Below, piece after piece: positions 55,693 through 63,737 of a stretch of 64,000 nt of DNA (within the stretch, counting starts at the first letter, position 1; each line of letters opens with the position of its first letter). The DNA is from Escherichia coli (GTDB taxonomy: Bacteria; Pseudomonadota; Gammaproteobacteria; Enterobacterales; Enterobacteriaceae). A program made the position numbers and the translations under genes. The stretch lies in the NCBI RefSeq assembly GCF_050920415.1, contig NZ_CP169309.1. The stretch is one strand, 5' to 3'. The notes under the pieces are model-generated. The model was given only the letters and a program-made list of their open reading frames with translations, had not been told where the DNA came from and ran no database searches.

Positions 55693-56114
55693 AAATCAAG
55701 CATGAACACATCCGCATGGCTATGAATGCCTGGGCGCGTCCGGATGGTGAAAAAGTTCCGGCGGCCAAGATAACCAGGGCTTATTTCGAACTGGGAATGA
55801 CGTCCCCGGAACTGTACGACGACAGCCATCCAGAAGCCCTGGTTCGTAATACTCAGAAAATTTTCCGCTGGGTGGAGAAAGACACCACTGATGCGGTTGA
55901 AAAAATTCAGGCGTTGTTACCAGCAATCGAAAAAGCAATGCCACCTCTGCTGGTGGCCCGGATGCGCAGCCACAGTTCAGCCTATTTTCGGGAGTTGGTG
56001 GAGACGCGGGAACGACTGGTGAGAGACGCTGATGATTTTGTCGCAGTGGCAATCGCCGGTTTCAATCAGATGAATCGTGGTGGCCCGGCAGGAAATGCTG
56101 TGGTGATGCACTAA
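55689..56114 (+). CDS. YdaT/CII-like prophage regulatory protein (141 aa)
   Basis: Begins MKIKHEHI... like Rac YdaT as I recall it; overlaps the cro-like stop; sits where lambdoid cII lies. Confidence 0.55.
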   Translation: MKIKHEHIRMAMNAWARPDGEKVPAAKITRAYFELGMTSPELYDDSHPEALVRNTQKIFRWVEKDTTDAVEKIQALLPAIEKAMPPLLVARMRSHSSAYFRELVETRERLVRDADDFVAVAIAGFNQMNRGGPAGNAVVMH

Positions 56115-56137
56115 AAGCACGGTGTTCGGGGTTTTTT

Positions 56138-56962
56138 ATGAGCAGCAAGCTTCATGGTCTTGTCTGGGAAGGGTGCGCCTTCACCGGCATGATCTTATCC
56201 AGGGTGGCAGTAATGGCTCGCCTTGCAGACTACAGCAATGACGAAGGTGTGTCATGGCCTGCAGTGGAGACCATTCGTCGTCAGATTGGGGCAAAGAGTG
56301 AATCAACGGTTAAAGCGGCGATAGCGGAACTGGAAAAGAACGGCTGGCTGACGAAGGAGGAGCGTAAGGTCGGTGGGCGTAATGAAAGCAATATCTACCG
56401 CCTTAATGTGGAAAAACTCGAAGCAGCAGCTGAGGCGGCGCGTGAGGCATATAAACCGAAAAGAAAAATTAGCCCGGCAAAAAATGACCCGTTAACAGTT
56501 GACCAGTCAAATATTGCCCCCTCAACGGTTGACCCGTCAAATTTTGATGGATCAACCGTTGGTAAAAAACAGCCGGTTAGGGGGGCGATGGTTGGCCCCG
56601 ATCCGTCAGTATTAAAACCTGATCCGTCAGATAAAAGATCTTTTCGTCCGGAAGCTTCGCAACCGGACCCGCAGACGGCTGAACAGGATTTTTTAACCCG
56701 ACATCCTGATGCGGTTGTGTTTAGTGCAAAAAAACGTCAGTGGGGAACTCAGGAGGATTTGGCATGCGCACAGTGGATCTGGGGGCGAATCGTGAGTCTT
56801 TACGAACAGGCCGCCAGCGATGATGGCGAGATCACCCGACCGAAAGAACCCAACTGGACAGCATGGGCCAATGACGTGCGCATAATGCGGATGCTGGATG
56901 GCAGAACTCACAGACAAATCTGTGAACCGCCCCGGGTTTCCTGGAGAGTGTTTTATCTGTGA
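56138..56962 (+). pseudogene. Phage replication-initiator (O-like, N-terminal winged-HTH) gene, 5' part; interrupted by an IS element after codon 261
   Basis: N-terminus ...AVMARLADYSNDEGVSWPAVETIRRQIGAKSESTVKAAIAELEKNGWL is typical of phage replisome-organiser proteins. The frame ends inside the IS inverted repeat; the original frame resumes at 58235 and stops at 58414. Confidence 0.65.
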
Positions 56963-56964
56963 AC

Positions 56965-57831
56965 TCAGGCTGCCAGATCATTGTTTCCGATGGAAGCATA
57001 ATAAGCTTTTTCTGCTTCTGCCGGAGGAGTATGGCCCAGCCTTCCCAGCAATCGTCGATTGTTATACCAGTCCACCCACGTGAGTGTGGCCAGTTCCACT
57101 TCTGCACGGTTTTTCCAGCTCTTACGGTGTATTACCTCCGCTTTGTAAAGACCATTGATGCTCTCAGCCATCGCGTTGTCATACGAGTCGCCTGTACTCC
57201 CTGTTGATGCCAGCAGTTTTGCTTCTTTTAGTCGCTCCGTATAGGCCAGTGACACATACTGAGAGCCTTTATCGCTGTGATGGATGGTGCCAGACGGACG
57301 ACGGGCCCACAACGCCTGCTCCAGCGCATCCAGCACGAATGTCGTTTCCATAGACGATGAGACCCGCCACCCCACGATGTATCCGGCAAACACATCAATG
57401 ATGAACGCCACATAGACGAAGCCCTGCCATGTGCTGACGTAAGTAAAATCAGCCACCCACAGCTGGTCAGGACGTTCTGCCACGAACTGACGGTTTACGC
57501 GGTCACCTGTGGCAACGGTTTTCCGGCTGACGGTAGTGCGGACCTTTTTACCCCGGAGAACACCGGCAAGTCCCATAACCGCCATGAGGCGCGCCACTGT
57601 ACATCTGGCCACCCTGATTCCTTCCCGTAACAACTGACGCCAGACTTTACGCACACCGTACACCTGATGATTTTCATCGTATACGCGCTGTATCTCTCTC
57701 TTCAGCCAGTCATCGCGCTGCGCACGGGCACTGCGTTTATCAGGATGATGCCGCTGCTGCTGACAATGGTAATACGTTGACGGGGCAATATGCAGTTCAC
57801 TGCATACCGGTCCGACCCCCGTACTGCTCAC
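56965..57831 (-). CDS. IS3-family transposase OrfB (DDE integrase core)
   Basis: DDE core ...LWVADFTYVSTWQGFVYVAFIIDVFAGYIVGW...HHSDKGSQY...DSYDNAMAESINGLYKAE. In this copy the body is in the same frame as orfA rather than the -1 frame. Confidence 0.85.
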   Translation of the reverse strand: MSSTGVGPVCSELHIAPSTYYHCQQQRHHPDKRSARAQRDDWLKREIQRVYDENHQVYGVRKVWRQLLREGIRVARCTVARLMAVMGLAGVLRGKKVRTTVSRKTVATGDRVNRQFVAERPDQLWVADFTYVSTWQGFVYVAFIIDVFAGYIVGWRVSSSMETTFVLDALEQALWARRPSGTIHHSDKGSQYVSLAYTERLKEAKLLASTGSTGDSYDNAMAESINGLYKAEVIHRKSWKNRAEVELATLTWVDWYNNRRLLGRLGHTPPAEAEKAYYASIGNNDLAA

Positions 57832-57852
57832 GCAGCTTATCCAGCAGTGGCA

Positions 57853-58179
57853 TTATTTTTTCCAGAGGCGGTCGAACTCCGCCTTCGCAAAATAAGCGGA
57901 AGCCTGGCGAAGGATATCGTTACTGCGGCGCAGTTCACGATTTTCACGTTCCAGCTCTTTCAGACGCTGACGTTCAGCGGTGGTGAGCCCACCATCACCG
58001 CTCCCGGTATCCCTCTCATGCTGGCGAACCCAGACACGCAGAGTCTCTGGCGTACAGCCAATCTTTGGAGCAATGGAACAAATTGCCGCCCATTGTGAGT
58101 CATATTCGCCCTGACTTTCCAGAACCATACGAACTGCGCGTTGACGGACTTCGGGGGAAAAACGAGTATTTTTAGTCAT
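57853..58179 (-). CDS. IS3-family transposase OrfA (HTH plus leucine zipper), 108 aa
   Basis: [57 protein letters not shown]...; ends WKK-stop at an A-rich run. Confidence 0.85.
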   Translation of the reverse strand: MTKNTRFSPEVRQRAVRMVLESQGEYDSQWAAICSIAPKIGCTPETLRVWVRQHERDTGSGDGGLTTAERQRLKELERENRELRRSNDILRQASAYFAKAEFDRLWKK

Positions 58180-58234
58180 CCTGTTTACCTCTTTCTCAGG
58201 AAGTTTAGTCTCCAGGATTTCCGGGGCGGTTCAC

Positions 58235-58414
58235 TGCGAAATGTTTGGTCGGGTACAGCGGGATCCATTCTGGGTAAAAAACATCATGAGCCCGTCAAAA
58301 CTTCGCGATAAATGGGATGAGCTGGTTATCCGTCTGGGGCGTTCGCCTGTACAGCGTTGTGTGAATCATATTTCTGAACCTGACACCGAAATTCCACCAG
58401 GGTTCAGGGGGTAG
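58235..58414 (+). other. 3' remnant (59 codons) of the IS-interrupted phage replication gene
   Basis: Joining 56138..56922 to 58237.. (removing the IS and one CTG copy) restores a continuous frame ...RQICEMFGRVQRDPFWVKNIMSPSKLRDKWDELVIRLG... ending at TAG 58412-58414. Confidence 0.6.
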
Positions 58415-58454
58415 GTATTGATTTCAGATCATGAGGTAATTTTCAGGAGGACTT

Positions 58455-58877
58455 GTGGCAAAAGTTTTTACACAAGAAGAGCGGGAAAAAATTAAGGGAC
58501 AGGTTGTTGCACTCGTACGCCAGAGTGGGCGCGAGACGTTACGACAGCTGGAAGCTAAAACAGGTGCGACAAGATATCTGATTAGCGTTCTTGCCTGGGA
58601 GCTGGTTGCCAGTGGCGATGTATACAACTCTGGCTATGGGTTATTCCCGTCAGAACAGGCTCGTAAGGACTGGCAAAACGCCCGCAAAAAACTATCGAGG
58701 GCAAAGGGGAAGAAACCGTCTATGGTTGATCCGGACCTTATCTGGTCATTACCTGACGGAGAAATTCGTCGCTACGATAGTCGCCATAACATGGTTTGTC
58801 GCGAGTGTCTGGAAAGTGAAGTAATGCAGCGAGTGTTGGCATTTTATCAGGGAAATGTTCGCTATTTATTGAAGTGA
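58455..58877 (+). CDS. Hypothetical prophage protein (140 aa)
   Basis: GTG-start ORF after the replication gene; no recognisable family. Confidence 0.4.
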   Translation: MAKVFTQEEREKIKGQVVALVRQSGRETLRQLEAKTGATRYLISVLAWELVASGDVYNSGYGLFPSEQARKDWQNARKKLSRAKGKKPSMVDPDLIWSLPDGEIRRYDSRHNMVCRECLESEVMQRVLAFYQGNVRYLLK

Positions 58878-59341
58878 CGAGATTAAAGAGCATTAATACA
58901 TATGTGAATTGACATTTCTGTGGCACAGGGCTAGAACTATTCTCATTGTCAGCGTTGTGCCAGAGTCTGATGTTTGTTGTACATTTGGACGAATAGACGG
59001 CGTTGTTAACTTTAAAAATAACACAGGAACACTTTGAGAAAGTGAACAGGCGTATTTATTTTTTGCTGATGAAGGAGAGTAACTTTAATTTGGGTAATTA
59101 GATTGATAATAGGCCAGACGAAAATAACATTCTGGCACACTTTTGGTCGCTACAGTCATTAGTTAATTTTAAGTGATAAATTTTTATCCATAAGTTAACA
59201 CTAGTGTGTCATCTAGCGAAACCGAATCGCTTTAATCCATAACTTAAAGTTGAATCAGTGGGGTAGCAGTAGGTATGCCGGAACTGATAAACTGTGCAGA
59301 AGGCTAAACATTCATTCACTCGTGAGATAGTAGCATAAATT

Positions 59342-59686
59342 ATGCAAAGAATTATTCCTGATAAAAATTGGTGGGAAAAAGAGCGTATTAATCGTAAAGC
59401 ATCATCAAAATGCCCATATGCTAGTTCATACAGATGTCCTCGGTACTATCAGAGTGTAGTTTTGCTCTCAAGCATCAATATGATAGCTGGTATGGCAACT
59501 AGGAAAGAAAAAGAGTTGGGCGAATTTGGGGAAAGAACTAGTTTCTCATATTTATGTGATGAAGAAGTCCCAACAGTTACTACAAAAGAATATGGCGGCC
59601 TTGCATCAGTTAGTAATTTTTGCCCAGAAATATCATTTAGATATTTACACTATTACGCCGATTATATGTGTAAATATGTTGATTAG
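59342..59686 (+). CDS. Hypothetical Cys-rich small protein (114 aa) in the AT-rich cargo island
   Basis: ORF in AT-rich DNA, 70 bp upstream of the HEPN-like gene on the same strand; several Cys in CP/CD contexts; weak RBS. Confidence 0.35.
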   Translation: MQRIIPDKNWWEKERINRKASSKCPYASSYRCPRYYQSVVLLSSINMIAGMATRKEKELGEFGERTSFSYLCDEEVPTVTTKEYGGLASVSNFCPEISFRYLHYYADYMCKYVD

Positions 59687-59755
59687 ATAGATCAGGATAC
59701 TGGCAGGCGTAGTGCGGAAAAAGATAATTTAGAAAATGATTGGAAATATACATGG

Positions 59756-60208
59756 ATGTCAGTCAATCCTAAATTTTATTTAGATTGCGATGTTTTTGAA
59801 AGTGTCAAAAACTTCAATGAAGAATTGGCTAGTGATTACTTAAAGAGATTGCATCCAAATATCATTCAGCAAATAGATAGAATGAATAATTGCTTGGATA
59901 ATAATGACCCTGCGGGTGCACTGCACGCAGCCTCTAATATTCTAGAAACTATGGCGAAGGAAATCACTCAAAACCCGAATGTGGCAAATGAGTCATTGGG
60001 TGGTTTTTTTAAACAGTTCGAAAAAATGTCAAAATTACCTAAGAATCTTATTGATATTGTTAAAGATATTTATGATTTACGCAACAAACTACCTACTGCT
60101 GGACACGGAAGCTTGAACAGGCCTGAATTAACTATGGTAGAAGCTATAACTATTGCGGCAATGACAAAGGCGATTTTAGAAATTGAATATCGAAGCAAAG
60201 CCATCTAA
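59756..60208 (+). CDS. Abi_C / HEPN-like abortive-infection-type protein (150 aa)
   Basis: C-terminal motif DLRNKLPTAGHGSLNRPE fits the R-N-x(n)-H-G signature of Abi_C/HEPN domains; AT-rich codon usage. Confidence 0.4.
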   Translation: MSVNPKFYLDCDVFESVKNFNEELASDYLKRLHPNIIQQIDRMNNCLDNNDPAGALHAASNILETMAKEITQNPNVANESLGGFFKQFEKMSKLPKNLIDIVKDIYDLRNKLPTAGHGSLNRPELTMVEAITIAAMTKAILEIEYRSKAI

Positions 60209-60702
60209 CAAACATAAATTATGTGGTTCAAATTCCCGCTATACTTCTGTGTTATTGCCGCCAGCGTCTACTTATCGCTGTGAGTTCAACGGGGCGATGA
60301 TGCGTTAGAGATCTCTGAATCGATTGAAGTCTAAGGTTGTCAGGGCTGTAACAGTAGCCCTGTGTCATGAAAGGATTGCATATTAATTAACGAAGAACAG
60401 ACCAATAGCATTGATAGTTGTTTTCAAAAATAGACCAATAACAAACACGACTGGCCATCTCATCGATTTTCGACAGTATGCAGAAATGGGCGGGATCCAC
60501 ACGCAGTACCAGCTTGCTAAGATAAACGAAAAGGAGACTTTAACCAGTCAGTGGCTGCATGCTGATGGTGATCCGCTATGGGCCGTAGATGTTGTTTGAT
60601 GTACGCAGAAAGAGACGACGAAGGGCACTATGCCGAAAACTAAATCGGTTTTAGAGATTAACCGCGCTGGTGAGCTGGAGTGATTGACTTTTAGAACGCC
60701 AG

Positions 60703-60732
60703 AAAGCAAAAACCTCACAATCGAGTGAGGTT
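60703..60732 (-). terminator. Candidate terminator after the kinase-partner operon (AACCTCAC-loop-GTGAGGTT)
   Basis: Perfect 8-bp stem; U-rich flank on the minus strand; lies 15 bp downstream of the 208-aa gene stop. Confidence 0.45.
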
Positions 60733-60746
60733 TTGTTAAGGGCTTA

Positions 60747-61373
60747 CTATTTTTTGGCAATTAGTGCATGCATCGCCATTTCATGACCTTTTCTGCGAAG
60801 TTTTTTCACACGGGGCTTGAGCCTAGTGAAAGAACTTGGGCTAATTGTCGACTCAGCTTCAACTATATCATTGCGGGGAGCACCCGTTTTAGCATCTTCA
60901 TAGCGGATAAGTATTTTAAACGTGCCCTCATCAACTCCGACACCTTGCAAGTGATGAAGTTTAGATGAAACAGCACCGATTAAATAATCATGAATTCCTT
61001 GCAGGCCCGTTTTACCGATTGGTGAATAGGTATGCAACATATTTGCACCTACAGGAAGGAACTGGCGAAAGTCAGGAACATGCATCTTGTTAACTTCAAC
61101 AGAAGTGTATGCTTTCATGTCAAAAGAAACTCCAGGTTTCCGTGCATTGACTTCTAGCCATTGAGGCAAATCGAGAATATATTTGCTCTCAGCAGTTACT
61201 TCCAGTTTCTTCCTAGACGATAATGTCACGTCCATTACCTGAGCCATATCAGCCATAGAAAGCTCAGCGGCCTTCCGGTTGATGGCTTGTACCCGCTCGC
61301 TCACGTTAGGTCCGAATGCATCGAACAACGAAATTTCAGCAGCTGGTTTAATGGCTTCAGTTTTAACAGACAT
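60747..61373 (-). CDS. Hypothetical protein (208 aa), translationally coupled partner of the P-loop kinase
   Basis: AAGGAG Shine-Dalgarno 5-6 nt upstream of ATG 61371-61373, directly after the kinase stop; no family recognised (track ORF starts at GTG 61379). Confidence 0.5.
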   Translation of the reverse strand: MSVKTEAIKPAAEISLFDAFGPNVSERVQAINRKAAELSMADMAQVMDVTLSSRKKLEVTAESKYILDLPQWLEVNARKPGVSFDMKAYTSVEVNKMHVPDFRQFLPVGANMLHTYSPIGKTGLQGIHDYLIGAVSSKLHHLQGVGVDEGTFKILIRYEDAKTGAPRNDIVEAESTISPSSFTRLKPRVKKLRRKGHEMAMHALIAKK

Positions 61374-61398
61374 ATACACTCCTTAGATAGGACACTTA

Positions 61399-62097
61399 TT
61401 ATACACCTAAATGCGCTAGATCGCTAACGTCTGAATATGGGCAGCTATGGGAGGTAGTCCAGTTTTCAAGGGTCACGTTAGGAGTATAGTCGACCACGAA
61501 CTGACCATCATTTTCAGGATCTTCCCGTCGATGATAAACATTGAGTGTAAATAGGCCTGCATATTTCGCGAGCATATGTTCAATGGTCTCTCTGCTCTTG
61601 AAAAAGTTCGCTTTAAGAACCTCTAACGGAACCTTACGAGAGCGGGCTTGGGCAAAAACCCACGCGTAAGCCGGATCAAAATAGACGTAATTCAGTGCTA
61701 CCTGATAACCAGCCTTCAGGGCCAGATCAAAGTTTCTCTCCGCAATACCTATACTGGAGAAAGTAGAGTCCATAACAATGGGATAGCCTTCAGATAGCGC
61801 TTTTTTGTAGATAAAATCGACCATTCTGGAGGCAGGTCTCTGATAGTCCACAGAGTTCTCTTCATTGTAGTAGGGGAACCACCAGCGAAAATCATCAGCA
61901 TCAATTCGAACAATGTTTGTGATGCCATGTTGTTCTAAAAGACGATTTAAGAGCTCGGTTTTACCTGCAGCAGGCGAACCAGCCATAAACAGGACGTGCT
62001 TGGCATTGGCATTTTTGTTTGCTGTTACGTAACTATAAACGTAAGGGCGAATTGCCTCACCAAACTCAGGCAGTATGGTTTCAAGTTCTTTTTTCAT
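61399..62097 (-). CDS. P-loop kinase of the zeta-toxin / polynucleotide-kinase superfamily (232 aa)
   Basis: Walker A MAGSPAAGKTEL followed by IVRIDADDFR (compare zeta toxin GGQPGSGKTS...VIVIDNDTFK and T4 Pnk GCPGSGKST...NRDDYR), then IVMDSTFSS and ALKAGYQVALNYVYFDP. Confidence 0.55.
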   Translation of the reverse strand: MKKELETILPEFGEAIRPYVYSYVTANKNANAKHVLFMAGSPAAGKTELLNRLLEQHGITNIVRIDADDFRWWFPYYNEENSVDYQRPASRMVDFIYKKALSEGYPIVMDSTFSSIGIAERNFDLALKAGYQVALNYVYFDPAYAWVFAQARSRKVPLEVLKANFFKSRETIEHMLAKYAGLFTLNVYHRREDPENDGQFVVDYTPNVTLENWTTSHSCPYSDVSDLAHLGV

Positions 62098-62261
62098 CGG
62101 TAAATCATGCCGTGGTAGTTTTAGTTTTATTTAACAATATCATAAACGTTTAAAGATGGTTACAAATTAGCTAGATTTGTGAGCGCTTTAACCTCTAAAA
62201 CCCTCTGGAACCCAATACCGCTTTTCTGGCTGTCTTTTCAATACGGCATCCAGCGCATCAC

Positions 62262-62600
62262 TTACTCGGTCTGTATGCGGTTCATTGCTGAAGTCGCCAG
62301 TTGCGGGTAAATCTGCATCTCTGCGCCGTTTAAGATTCGCGTATTTACGCGCAAGCGCTCGATGGCTTCATTTTGCTGGTGGCTTTCCTTCCTCGCGGCT
62401 ATTCTAGCTATCTGATTGGCTGCTATGGCCTTTGCCGCTGTCATGGAATGCGCCAGAGTCTTATCCGTCATCATTACACGCTGCGTTTCCAGCATGCTGG
62501 AATGATCTCTTTTTGTTGTTCTTGAAGAAGAACTCTTATTCTTCGGTATATCATTTTGACAGGGGGCAGTGTAAGTATCCCTGCAAAACGAACCATTCAC
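62262..62600 (-). CDS. Hypothetical small protein (77-112 aa), upstream of the kinase operon
   Basis: ORF with possible internal start MLETQRVMMTDKTLAHSMTAAKAIAANQIARIAARKE...; helical and basic; 164 bp upstream of the kinase gene. Confidence 0.3.
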   Translation of the reverse strand: MNGSFCRDTYTAPCQNDIPKNKSSSSRTTKRDHSSMLETQRVMMTDKTLAHSMTAAKAIAANQIARIAARKESHQQNEAIERLRVNTRILNGAEMQIYPQLATSAMNRIQTE

Positions 62601-62821
62601 TTTAACAGATATGTCAATTTCCGCTCATCGTTCAAAGCGGACTAGAAGGTTAGCTTGCGTCGGACTTGGCGTTTTTAAAGAAGTGCTGGTGGTGACTGGT
62701 TGTTGTGTTCCATTTCTACAGAACAAAATCACAGAAACTATTCCCAATAGTTTTATTGAATCAATGATGAGACAGCCTCATATTTATCAGGACTGGTGTA
62801 CGTCCAATACAGGAGGTTGTC

Positions 62822-62911
62822 GTGCTGGTTCTCAAATGTGCGCTCGCTATTGCGGCTGTAATGGCAATTTATTGTCTTGCTGTTGTTCTTATGGATCGCC
62901 TTTCTGATTGA
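62822..62911 (+). CDS. 29-aa hydrophobic peptide (MLVLKCALAIAAVMAIYCLAVVLMDRLSD) with perfect Shine-Dalgarno; candidate small membrane/type-I-toxin-like peptide
   Basis: AGGAGG at 62811-62816, 5-nt spacer, GTG start at 62822; single predicted TM helix with polar tail; 210 bp upstream of hok. Confidence 0.4.
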   Translation: MLVLKCALAIAAVMAIYCLAVVLMDRLSD

Positions 62912-63122
62912 TTTTATATTGGCGAGGTGACGGGAGTTAAGTAGGATTGCTGCGGGTGCTTGAGGCTATCTGTCTCAGGCATGAATACCAACGGCAGATA
63001 GAGAAAAGCCCCAGTTAACATTACGCGTCCTGCAAGACGCCTAACATTAATCTGAGGCCATATCTATGACTTGCACACGTAGGTTAGCCTCTTACGTGCC
63101 GAAAGGCAAGGAGAAGCAGGCT

Positions 63123-63353
63123 ATGAAGCAGCATAAGGCGATGTTAATCGCCCTGATTGTCATCTGTTTAACTGTCATTGTGACGGCACTGGTAACGAGG
63201 AAAGATCTCTGTGAGGTACGAATCCGAACCAGCCAAACGGAGGTCGCTGTCTTCACAGCTTACGAACCTGAGGAGTTAGAGACCAGGCGAGGGAGAAATC
63301 CCTCGCCACCTCTGATGAGTCAGGCATCCTCAATGCACCCACACTTAACTTGA
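63123..63353 (+). CDS. Hok/Gef-family type I toxin homologue with a 25-codon C-terminal extension (76 codons to the first stop)
   Basis: MKQHKAMLIALIVICLTVIVTALVTRKDLCEVRIRTSQTEVAVFTAYEPEE aligns with Hok (...[24 protein letters not shown]...). After ...EPEE the next codon is TTA (Leu) and the frame runs to 63353. Confidence 0.75.
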   Translation: MKQHKAMLIALIVICLTVIVTALVTRKDLCEVRIRTSQTEVAVFTAYEPEELETRRGRNPSPPLMSQASSMHPHLT

Positions 63354-63737
63354 TTCGGCGGGTTTATTTTATCTGTAAATATTTTTATAAAAATAATGCC
63401 CACACACAGCATAAAACAAAAAGTATCACAGATAAAAAAGGAGCGTAATGTGCAGATTTGTTGTTTTCCATATTTACTCGCTTTAACATAATCAATATTG
63501 ATATGGTTGTTATTTCGGTGGTTTCAAACGAGATATTATGGTGATCTGGCAAATTTGCATAACATTAAAATTTAATTTATCTAATCGCTTTTAATAATAA
63601 GCGTTGTGTTTTATCCCAGCAATCTGTTGTTTGATTTTTATTTCATTAATGTAGGGGCTTTACACTGGAACCAGTTTATTTATACTTTATACGCCAGCCT
63701 GAACAACTGGCACCTGCTGCGCCAGCAGAGACAACCG

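Larger units (their letters stand above)
56923..58233 (-). mobile_element. IS3-family insertion sequence (IS629/IS3411-like), 1311 bp, flanked by 3-bp direct repeat CTG
   Basis: Terminal inverted repeats TGAACCGCCCCGG... at both ends; orfA (57853..58179) and orfB (56965..57831) on the minus strand; CTG at 56920-56922 and 58234-58236. Confidence 0.85.

Noticed and set aside
62611-62907. 98-codon Cys-rich ORF upstream of hok
   Set aside because: Implausible composition (CC and CxC runs, low complexity) and no RBS; the same DNA encodes the better-supported 29-aa peptide in another frame and probably the hok leader region.
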